NCBI RefSeq assembly: GCF_963921235.1
Contig: NC_086097.1
Span: 208,260,001-208,324,000 of the forward strand
Direction of reading: 5' to 3'
DNA length: 64,000 nt
DNA from: Mobula hypostoma
Lineage: Eukaryota
Position numbers and translations under genes: made by a program. Of this stretch, positions 36,020 through 46,914 are shown piece by piece. Under the pieces are notes generated by a model that saw only the letters and a list, made by a program, of their open reading frames with translations, did no database searches and was not told where the DNA came from. Each line of letters opens with the position of its first letter. Positions within the stretch are counted from its first letter, which is position 1.

Positions 36020-38891
36020 AAATGCTTTGTAAAAGTGTTCAGCCACCAATACTTTGTTCACATTATTGAGTATTACAAGCAGGGATTTTGATCAATTTAA
36101 CTGAGAATTTTTATTTCTGAATCACATGCTCCTTTTTTTTCACAGTAGAGCCTAAAAAACAGGGAAAATTGTAAAGCATGAAAACTAAAAATTCAAAAAC
36201 TGAAAAGTCAGCAGTTCAAAAGTATTCACCCCCTCTCCGCGCCCCCCCCCCTTGCTCAGTATTTAGTTGAACCACCTCTTACAGCTATTCTAGCCAGCTG
36301 TCTTTTTGGATACGTCTCCTTGAACTTCGCACAAGGCGACTGAGCAAGATTTGCCCATTCCTCCTTGCAAAGTTGCTCAAGCTAATGCCAGGTTAGTTGG
36401 GGAGCGGCAGTGGACAGCAATCTTGAGGTCTTGCCAGAGATGTTTGATCAGGTTAAGGCCAGGAATCTGACTGGGCCACTCAAGGGTATCAATTTTCTTC
36501 ATTTGAAACCATTCCATGATTGCTCTGGCAGTGTGTGTTGGGTCATTGTTCTGCTGAAAGATGACATTCCTCCCAGTTTAAGCTTTCTGGCAGAGGCTAG
36601 CAGGTTTTTATCCAGGATCTCTCTGTAGTTAAAAACATTCATCTTCCCATCAATCCTGACCAGGTTTCCAGTCCTTGCTGTGGAGAATCATCCCCATAGC
36701 ATGATGCTACCTCCACCATACTTTACAGTAGGGATGGTGTTACTTGGCTGATGTGCACTATTAGATATATGCCACATGCACCACTTAGTGTTGAGGCCAG
36801 AAATTTCCACTTCAGTCTCATCTGACCGCAAGACCTTCTTCCACATCTTTACAGTATCTTCTAAGTGATGTTTTGCGAAGTCTTTACTGGCAGGGTATTT
36901 TTTTTAAGCCGGAGCTTCTTCCTTGCCACTCTTTCATATATACCCTTTTTGTGCAAGGCCTTAGAGATTGTGGAGCCATGAACTTCATCGCTAGTTGTAG
37001 CCACTGATTTCTGCAGCTCATTCAGAGTGACTGTTGGTGTCACAGTAGCCTGTCTTTGTAGTACCAATCTTGTTCAGCAACTAAGTTTGGAGGGGCGGCT
37101 GGACCTAGGCAGTATGGCTGTTTCCTATTTCACTGGACAGCCAATTTTTTCAGAAGTGTTTCTTCCTCAGATTTTTTGTGGTTTTGATGTACTGCTTGAA
37201 GCTGAAAACAAATATAATTTCAGACTACTTGTATCTCAAAGGAATTTAGAGAAACAGTAAATTAACTTTTATTGTATATAATGCATTTAATTACATAACA
37301 GTGCTGATGCTTTGCAATAGCTTAATAAGCTAAGAAAGTTTTGTTGATGATTTTCATTTGTACGCAGTGTCTGAGGCTTCTTGCTTAAGTGTCCAACAAT
37401 AATCAACCAGCATTTATGGATTCCTGTTGCCCTGAGACCGTTTCTCCATGACTGCAATGTCCTGGTGAAACCTTTCACCATGCTTGTCAGTGACAGCACT
37501 AAGATTTGCAGGGAAGAAGTTTAAATGGAATGTAGAAAATGAATCTTTAGTGACATGTTGCACTTCATGGTTTTGTATGCTTGAAGCATGTTGTCAACCA
37601 GCTGCATGTAGGTTGGTGCTCTGTAGTTGACAAAAAAGTTTTCAGCAACATCCTTGAATGCCTTCCATGTGATTTTCTCCGGTCCCACTAGAAGTTCTAT
37701 GAATTGCCTGTCATTGATGACTTGTTTGATTTGTGGACCAACAAAAGTGCCTTCCTTAATCTTGGCATCAGTTAATTTGGGAAATGTAGCTCAAATATTG
37801 CAAAGTTTCTTGGAATTTTTTTTGCGTGGTAACAGCAGATTCCATCTTGAACCCAGTAATTCTGCTCATAGGCTTACTTAATAAGAGGAGACATGCTCTG
37901 TCTTTGAGGTTTAAGTGTATACTTGCCACAAATATAACAGAAAGTATTGTGGCTGTTGCAACATTGGCCAGACATTTTGTAATCACAAATTCTCCTGAAA
38001 ATACAATTACTTTATGAGTGCACACAATATACGATGCACGTAGAGCACGTGCATCAACATGATCACAAACCAATATACATGTAAATGCAATGCATAGAAC
38101 AGTGTGTGTGTGTGTGATGTTTTTATACAACCTGTCCTGCCATGCAGTATCCGCTGTGCCTAAGCATGGCCAGGCATATCTGGACGAGATAGAAAACTGT
38201 TCAGCTTACATTGTGGGGAACATTGTAATTGATTTGAATTATGAATTGAAATAACAAATACAGACAATTTCAAATAAATGGTGTGTGATATGGAAATTTT
38301 GTGGTGATTTTCATGATCAGCAGTCCAAAATCCATAAGATACAACCAAAGGTATTCAGGAAGCAAAATTTTTGTTGGTCAGTGCTTTTTATTATGGTCTG
38401 CTTTGAGTTCTGAGGTACTGTTTGTTCAGTGGCTTTGAGGTGATATTGTACCCTTCTCCAGATTTGTACACCTCTATGATCATTGCCCGGCCTTGCCATA
38501 AATGCTCTTTTGTCTTCATTTTGATTTAGTCTGTCAAAAATCTACCATACTGTTGGACCTTACAGAGAGAGGGGGTACATATTTCAGATGATCCTCCAAT
38601 TTTCTACATCAATAAATTGGGTGAGTTGGTAAAGTAATTTACAGGATTGTACCTGAGGGAAGTTAGCGTAGTAATTACAAAGGGGACGAATACTTTTTCA
38701 GCCTCACAATTTTGATTTTTAATTTTTAGTAAATTGTTGACAGGTTTAGGAAAGTTTCTTCTGATCTGACACGATGCATTATGTTTTGAAGATTGCTCAA
38801 AAAAACCTACTTCAATATATTTTAAATTGAGAAAATAAGACCATAAAATGTGAAAGTAGTTGTGGGAACTGAATACTTTTTCAAAGCACTG
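36020..38891 (-). mobile_element. Tc1-like DNA transposon (decayed, interrupted)
   Basis: Ends ta-aaatgctttgtaaaagtgttcagcc and gaatactttttcaaagcactg-ta; ORF 36861..37067 TLNELQKS..STISKALHKKGIYERVARKK; DDE remnants. Confidence 0.85.
37131..38383 (-). mobile_element. Chapaev3-like (CMC) DNA transposon, internally deleted, nested in the Tc1
   Basis: CACTG...CAGTG termini; transposase C-terminus AKIKEGTFVGPQIK...NMSLKIHFLHS...FPANLSAVTDKHGERFHQDIAVMEKR. Confidence 0.78.
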
Positions 38892-39239
38892 TACCATTTG
38901 TACCATTTTGCTTTGCAGGATATAAAATGTTTCTAATATTTTTTGTGGTGTTGTCAAAGAAAAAGTTGCTTTTAGAGATTTGGATCCCTAAATTCTTCAT
39001 TATTCTCATTCTTCTATACATGTGGTGTATATTTATATTTATTGTTTTTCATCCAAAATATACTGCCTCACATCTATAGCTTTAAATTGTATAGGCTACT
39101 TATTTATTATCTTCCTTATTTTTTTTAGTATCTTCTGTGATTTTTGTCAAGGTTGTATTTCTATTACAAACAAGATCAATCAAAATACAAGCCAGCACTG
39201 ACATCAAGATGCACCTCTTTATGTATCAGAGCTAATAGA

Positions 39240-39520
39240 CTTATCCATAAAGACTACTGGCTGTAATAACTGTGAGAGGTGGTTCAACTAAGTACTGAGA
39301 AAAGGGGGATGAATACTTTTGAATTGCTGACTTTTCAGTTTTTTCCATTTTTAGTTTCTCATGCTTTACAATTTTCCATGTTTTTTTTTGGCTCTGCTGT
39401 GGAAAAAAGAGCATGTGATTCACAAATAAAAGGTCTTAGTTAAATTAATCAAAATCCCTGGTTGTAAAACTCACTTATGTGAACAAAGTGTTTGGGGCTG
39501 AATACTTTTACAACACACTG
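39240..39520 (+). mobile_element. Tc1 terminal fragment, inverted copy of 36020-36310
   Basis: Reverse-complement similarity across about 280 bp, ending tgaatacttttacaacacactg. Confidence 0.8.
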
Positions 39521-40340
39521 AATGCTGTATTAAACACACAATTTTAGCATAAAAAATATCAGAAGCTAATGAAACCAAGAAAAAAAACTAAAGCAGCAAC
39601 TAAAAGCTTGGTGAAGGTGGATTTTAAACTGCTGCTTGAAATAGGTGCAGGAAATAGATTGATGTCTGTAGGAGATGATACTGTAACTCAGTGGACCTCG
39701 GAGATCCTGTATTCAGACTTTCTTCAAGGAAAGAGATATATCCGATTGCAATTGGATATGCTAGTTCCAGATGTAAACTCCAAAATGAGTACAGGAAGCA
39801 GAATTGATCATTATACTGTACATGGTCTTTTTTCGCCACAGACTAATTCTACCAATCAGGATTGTCTATGGAGCACCTTTCTCAAATTTTGCCTCCTCAA
39901 AGAATTTGTCTACAGTTTACATCTGCATCATCTTGGCAGCCAAACCATGATTTTAACTAATCCGTAACAGACTCAATCTCAATGCAGGTTAGTGTCAGCT
40001 AATCAGGGACGTCATTATGCTTACAATTTTCCTCAATTTTTTCTTCCCCGAGTGCTATACCTCACCTAATGAAACTCCCTGCCGGAGCAGAGGAAACTGC
40101 AGGAGCTGAAAAGGGAAACATTTCAACCTGTATCACTCCTCTCTATTTAAATTGTGGAAGAGACTTCAATTACATACTGTCATGGTTCTTTCCAGAAATG
40201 CTTCAAAACATAAGTAGTCACTAGTTATCTCCAATGGAATTCACTTACCTTCTACTAAATCTCTCTTTGCCCTATCCTGCTAAATTCCACCCTCTGCTCT
40301 TTCACACTCTCCATGTCTTATTTTAATAAATCCCTCTCTA

Positions 40341-40916
40341 CCTGAGGCCACTGTCGGTCAGAGTTGACCATGGATATTGTGTCCTAGCTGTCTAGATACA
40401 CGAGCCTGGGCAGTACGATATGGAGAGTAAGCTGTCGCCCATGTAGCAAGCTCCCCCTCTCCATGCATCTGATGAACCCAAAGGAATGGCAGAGACTAAT
40501 ACAGTTCGGTACTAACAGCATCGCAGGAGTTACCAGGCAACATTGAACTCATTGTAGGACTGCTGTAGGGACTTCAACTTGGGATTGTTCCCTCGGGGTT
40601 TACTCCTGAAGCTTTCCCCATGAGTGGGTATAGCTGCAAGGCAGCGGAGGTTTGAGATCAGAGTTTTCCTTCTCCTAGATGAGCTGCCAAACACGGCTGA
40701 CAAGCCCCATCTGTCTGAAGTGACTGGTTTTAAGGTGCCAGTAACCCACCTTTGCCCCTCCTCCAGTCAATAAAAACTGTTATGCTGGGCTTAGTAGCTA
40801 AGCCACACGTGAAGACTAGGATCTGGACTTGGTTGTCAGGTGCACACCGTTGGGAGCATTTAATAGGTAGTGGGAGCTTGTCCCCATTACCACCCCGCAC
40901 TATAACAACCTTAAGG
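40341..40916 (-). mobile_element. Non-autonomous retroposon, probably RTE-related
   Basis: Perfect 13-bp TSD aaatccctctcta (40328-40340 / 40917-40929); non-coding; family assignment by resemblance only. Confidence 0.6.
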
Positions 40917-41029
40917 AAATCCCTCTCTAAGATCATCCATTATCCCCAAAGGATGGCGCCGAGAACTGAATACATTACTCCAGCTGAAAGGGAACCAGTG
41001 ATTTGTAAAGATTTGACTCAAGACATTCT

Positions 41030-41240
41030 GGAGATGCTGGAAATCTTGAGCAGCACACAATGATTGCTGAAGGAACTCAACAGGTCAGACAGCATCTATA
41101 GATGGGAATTAACGTTTTAGGCCGAGACCCTCCATCAGGATAAAGAGACCTGACGAAGGCTGTCAGCTTGAAACATCTGTTTATTTCTCTCTATAGATGG
41201 TGCCTGAGCTGTCGAGTTCCTCCAGCATTTTATGTGTGTT
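41030..41240. mobile_element. Penelope-like fold-back repeat with two opposed hammerhead-like remnants
   Basis: Inverted arms; ctgacgaaggctgtcagcttgaaacatc on + and tcctgatggagggtctcggcctaaaacgtt on -. Confidence 0.7.
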
Positions 41241-41769
41241 TATAAATGTTTACCATACTTCCTTTGCCCTTTCTGTTTCTACTTAGAAATCTAAGGCCAT
41301 TGCATACATTTTAGTTAGTCTGTCAGCTTATCCTTTTACCTTCAAAAAATCGTATACAAGAAATCCAGGTGTCCTTGTCGCGTACCCTATTTGAAATGGT
41401 AATTCCTTAGTTTTACTTTCTGAAATTCATTCCTTCACTCTTTTCTATGTGAAGTTACTTCAGGTGTTTAGCTGATGCACTGGTCTAAGACTGCAGTAGT
41501 CTAAAACACTGCTTATTTTATTCCCATGTTTTACATCAGCTGTAAATCTTGAATTTAAGTCCTTGGACTTACTTTAGGTGATGACTATCCTGTATTTCAA
41601 ATAAACAATGGTCCCAATACTGTGTGTTGGAGGGCACAATTATATACTGCTGTCTAGAATGAAAAGTCAAATTCTCTGTCCCCGTTGAAACTGTTCCTTT
41701 GCTCCTGCTGGGCTCAGTTCTATCAGTTTGTCATTTGTGTAGCACTTTATAAAATTTTGAGGAAGTAGC

Positions 41770-42888
41770 AATCCAACTTAATGAAGATAGAGTATAGGAT
41801 ATGGTGTAGCTAGATTTTAGTGAGTTGTCTGATAAGGCTCCCCATTCAGAAAGTCAGGAGACGCAGGATCCAGGGAAACTTGGCTACATGAATTCAGAAT
41901 TGGCTTGCTTACAGAAGGCAGAGTGATAGTGGACGGGAGCATATTCCATCTGGAGATCTGTGATTAGTGGTGTTCCACAAGGATCTGTTCTAAAACCCCT
42001 GCTCTGTGTGACTTAGATGAGGAAATGGGAGGGAAAGTCTGCAGATGACATAGAGGTTACTGCTGGTGTAGGTAGTGTAGAAAATTCTCATAGGTTACAA
42101 CAGGACTTTTGCAGAGAAGGGATGAGAAGTGACAGCTGGAATTCAACCCAGAGAAGGGTATACTTTGTAACGTAGAACTTGATGGTAGAGTACAAAGTTA
42201 ATGGCAGGATTCTCAGCAGTATGGAGGAACACAGGGATCTTGAGTCAAGGTCCATAGATCCCTCAAAGTTGTCACATGTTGATAGGATGGTTGAGAAGGC
42301 ATATAGTGAGTAGGACTTTATTAGTCGAGGGATTGAGTTCAAGAGCCATGAGGTAATGTTGCAGCTCTATAAAACATTTAGAGTATTGTGTTCCGTTATG
42401 GTTGTCTCTTTATAGGAAGGATGTGGAAGCTTTAGTGAGAATTTAGAGGAGGTTTAACAAGCTATTAGCTGTAATAGAGACCATGTCTTGTGGAGATTGG
42501 TGAGCAAACTAGGGCTTTTCTATTTGGAGTGAAGGAAGATGAAGGGAGACTTAATAGAGCTGTATATTGTGATAAGAGGCTTTTTTCTTAGGTGGCAATG
42601 GCTAATATGAAAGGACATACTTTAAGGTAGTTGGAGGAAAGTATAGAGGAGATGTCTGAGGTAGACATTTTACCCAGTGAGTGGTGGGTGGATGGAATGT
42701 CCTTCTAGGGTGGTAGAGGCTGATACTTTGGGACATTTAAGAGACTCTTAGATAGACACATGAGTGGAAGAAAAATAGAGGACTAAGCAGGAGCGAAGGG
42801 TTAAATTCATCTTGGAGTAGGTTAAAAGGTCACACAACATCGTGGGCCAAAGAGCCCGTACTATGTTGTACTTTTCTATGTTCTATGT
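41770..42888 (+). mobile_element. CR1-like LINE, RT to 3' end (old)
   Basis: GVPQGSVL and ADD motifs; (ttctatg)n tail. Confidence 0.85.
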
Positions 42889-43274
42889 CTTTTGAAAGTC
42901 TGTGTAGCTAATGGAAGGTTTTCAACCAGCAAGGTCCAAGCTGGCCTCCTACAACAGTATCAAGCATTTGCAATGTTTTTCTTCTCTTTTGGTGTTCAGT
43001 ATTTTACCTCCATTCAGTTAAATCACCTTGAATCATGATGCCTTTGGCAGTCATAGATCACACAAATACAGCCTAAGCCTGTGTACAGAAATGCAGCTCG
43101 TAACTAAGTGCTTTGCAAAATCAAATTGTCATCAGTAGGTCAAAAGATGCTGCTTGTCTTTATCCCATGGCACTTTATGATTGTTGGAAAAAGCAATCAG
43201 CTTATCTCATGGATAAGCTTTGCAGAATCATATTCTGATAATGCTTAATGGTTCTCCATCATATCAAACAATAA

Positions 43275-43760
43275 CAGGAGGCCTGTGTGGGGAGATTTTT
43301 ATAGTGGAAAAACTGTTGCACTGAGGCCTTAACACCCTCTCAACCTCAGAGCTCCGTGCCCAGTGGTATGAGTAGTAGTCACAGATTGTGACTTCTTTGG
43401 TTGCATTGCATGTCTGTGTGCTTTCTGTACCTTGTCATGCTCTTCGCTCTGCACAAAGCATTGCAGAGCCGTCTTCCTCGTCATTGGATCTCACTGTTGA
43501 TCTCATCCACCCAGTCCGCCAGAGCTAACTTCACATGCTACAGCAGGCATGACCTAGCTCTCTGGGGTATGAGACCCGCCAGCTACCCTCACTTGGTTTA
43601 GCCCACCTGTTGAAGTGGTGTAGTTAGGTGTGGCTGCTGTTGCGTGCTGCTTGGAGCGACAGATGAGAACTGAGAGTACGTTTGGACCCAAAGATGAGTG
43701 CGCTGCCCCAGAATGGACACAAGAAGCCCTCCTCACTGGAGGTGCTACCCATCCCTGGAA
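43275..43760 (-). mobile_element. Probable RTE-like 5' region remnant
   Basis: GC-richer repeat-like block; family assignment by resemblance only. Confidence 0.35.
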
Positions 43761-44635
43761 ACCTCATACACCTCTGATAAACCTTATGATAGAAGCAAAT
43801 ATAGTAATTTTTTTCAGATTCTGTGCATGCATATGTACTTCATATTAGAAGCAGTACTTCACCATCCCTTAGCAGCTCTCACACTGTCTATCATTTTCTT
43901 GGCTTGTTTCAACGAGATTCTGCAGATGACGCCAATTTTCTCAGCAATCTTGTCTGAGATGCTTGAATAAGACTTCTTCAGGGAGGTGACTCAAAGTGAA
44001 TTGTTCTCGTTTCCCACATGGTTTATCAGACCAACCCTTGGCAGCTCTTACTTAGCCTGTTATTTTATTTCTATTCGATCGCACATTGAAGTGACACACT
44101 TGGCTGCTTTTACCTGTGCGGATTTAAATGCCTGTTTAAGTACTTGAAGATGTTTAATGTTCGATAATCCTAACAATGAGTTGGTTAGTCCCAGTAAAAA
44201 GATGGCAAAATTCCAAATATTACCCACATTTTACTGTAGCCAGTGATTAACTGGCACCATAGTTTCTTAGATTTCCCTGAGCTTAATATATGTATGAATG
44301 TATTTCCTCAAAATACTAATTATTGCAAAAGAAAAACATGATTGTGGCATGAAGATAAGAAAATACAGAAAAATACTTCTCTCTGTCCTGGTCTTTCCTG
44401 CAGGTTATGTAAACTTTTACTCTATTGACTTCGCAGAATGTTTCCATAAAACTTGTAGATTTTTTAAATAATAGCTTACAAATCTAACATAGCAATCTAT
44501 AATATTCTACTTAGACAATTCCCTAGTTTTAACTGCAGCAAAAATTCTTCTGTCAAGCAGATTATTTTATTAACTAATCCTTTCAACCTTCGGTGCCCAC
44601 TAATCGCATTCTCAAATAGTTCAATGTTTAACAAG

Positions 44636-44838
44636 CAACACACACAAAATGCTGGTGGAACGCAGCAGGCCAGGCAGCATCTATAGGAAGAGGTACAGTC
44701 GACGTTTCAGGCCTGACGAAGGGTCTCAGCCCGAAACGTCGACTGTACCTCTTCCTATAGATGCTGCCTGGCCTGCAGCGTTCCACCAGCATTTTGTGTG
44801 TGTTGCTTGGATTTCCAGAATCTGCAGATTTCCTCGTG
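44636..44838. mobile_element. Young Penelope-like near-perfect fold-back insertion
   Basis: Perfect 15-bp TSD tcaatgtttaacaag (44621-44635 / 44839-44853); about 78-bp inverted arms. Confidence 0.88.
44713..44744 (+). ncRNA. Hammerhead ribozyme core (5' strand of stem I lost at the inversion junction)
   Basis: CTGACGA A GGG tctcag CCC GAAA CG T C gact, with a GUC cleavage triplet. Confidence 0.6.
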
Positions 44839-46199
44839 TCAATGTTTAACAAGTCACTTTACTGGCAAGCAATGCCTCCTGCTGATTACTGTATTCTGTG
44901 ACTTTAAGCATTAGAATAAAATAATTTTCATTAAATAAACATGCCTCATATATAAGAGCCTGAGGCAAAGGTATCCTTCATTAAAAGCTATGGTCTGTAA
45001 TTATTCTTTACAAAAAATATTTGATCGGAAAACATCCGTAAAACAGCCTTTAAATATTTTGTTTTGAATCTCTTCTGTTTCATAATTGGAATAATGAATA
45101 ATAATTAGACCTGATCAGGAAAGGTTTTCAAAGACTGAATTGAGTGTACTTCCCTTCTGCATGTATATTAGGGATAATAAATAGGTATATGGTCCCTAAT
45201 GAACTGTCATTCTCTTGCTGCTCATGATGTACACAGAGAACCACTGATGTTTTAATCTTGGTTGTTTTATATTGGATACAAATATCAACAATGTTTGACA
45301 TCAATATTATTCTTATTCCCCTCCCAAAAAAAATTAAAGAAGAACATCTCTTGCTGAATCACTGTTAGTTGGTGTGTTTGGTGATATTTTATATTAACTT
45401 TGCCCGTTGGTCATTGATCATTTTACAATGGGATCTTTGACTGTAATATTGGATTAATAATATATTGTATAGATTTATGTGAATCATGTGTGGCATTTAG
45501 CCTTACGAAAAACAAAAATAATGTTTTATTTCCCCTAAACGTTCTAATTAGTGAAGCATTTGCCTTTTAACCTTTTTGATAAATGTGTGCAGTTTTTGCT
45601 TTGCAATTTAGAAAGAAAATGGGTATATTTTATCCATGAGAGAAAACTGAGAATATCAGCATTTCAGCATTTGAATCTTTGCAAAAGAAATAAGAGCTTA
45701 TCAAATCAATTCAATCAAATGAAAATGATAGCTGTAAATAATAGATACAAATCAAAATTTCGATGTTGCCATAAGGCAGTCCTGTAGCTTGGTACCAATG
45801 GGTGGATACCATCAAAAGTATGATTTGTTTCCTTGTCTTTCGTAGCAGGCTGAAATATTCAAATTAAACAAAATCTCACTTTCAATGTAACCTAATATAA
45901 CCTGAATTCTGGCAGCTAGTGTTAACTCAAGCTGGAGTCTTTTATTCTTGGAGTATCCAAAACACCTTGACATTATTACCAAAACTAAAAGTTAATATTA
46001 AATAATTATTGTCTTTCTCCTCCTCAACTAACAGAGTTTTTTTTCCGTTAAGGATTTAAGAAATTCTACTTTTAAGAGTCATTTGATTTTAAAGATTAGC
46101 TTTATTTGTCACATATACGTTGAAGCATACAGTGAACCGCATCGTTTGCATTTATTTACTTGTTTGATTTTTATCACAGAGTGAACTTGATTTAGGTGT

Positions 46200-46297
46200 A
46201 CAGTCCTGAAGGAAGATCCCAGGCTGAAATGCTGATTTTTTTTCCATAGCTGCTGCCTGACCTGCTGAGTTCCTCCAGCATTTTGTGTGTGTTGCTT
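46200..46297 (+). mobile_element. Penelope-like repeat fragment (older)
   Basis: agtcctgaaggaagatcccaggctgaaatgctga...tgctgcctgacctgctgagttcctccagcatt. Confidence 0.6.
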
Positions 46298-46374
46298 TGT
46301 ACCTTTTAAGTTCACACAGGTTTATTTATTTTGTCTCAAGGCTTTGCTAATTAACTACAGGACAGGAAAACACG

Positions 46375-46805
46375 GAAAGGCAAAGTTCAAAGTAATTTTA
46401 TTGTCAAAGTACATACATGTCACCTTCTACAAACCTGAGATTCATTTCTTTGAAGGCATACTCAGTAAATTCAATAACCATAATAGAATGAATAAGAGGC
46501 CGCATCAACGGGGCGGACAGCCGGTGTGCAAAAGACAACAAACTGCAAATACAAAAAGGGAGAAAAAAAATAAACAATAATAAATAAATAAGCAATAAAT
46601 ATTGAGAATATGAACTGAAGAGTCCTTGAAAGTGAGTCCATAGGTTGAGGGAACAGTTCAGTGATGGGGCAAGTGAAGTTGAGTGAAGTAATCCAATCTG
46701 GTTCAACAGCTTGATGATTGACTGATATTAAATGTTGCTGAACCCACTGGTGTGACTCCTGAGGTTCCTGTACCTTCTTCCTGATGGCAGCAGTGAGAAG
46801 AGCTT
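46375..46805 (-). mobile_element. Rex1/Babar-like 3' end
   Basis: Reverse complement of the 27880-28256 type tail. Confidence 0.75.
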
Positions 46806-46914
46806 CACAGTTTAAGAATTAAAAGATGGAGAGCGGCAGAATGCCTGTTTGAACCTGTTCTGCCTCTCTGTCAGATCATTGCTAAAACCTGACCTATATG
46901 GCCCCAGTTCCCTT

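Noticed and set aside
40469..40495. ctgatgaacccaaaggaa as another hammerhead
   Set aside because: Lacks GAAA plus NUH and has no stem I.
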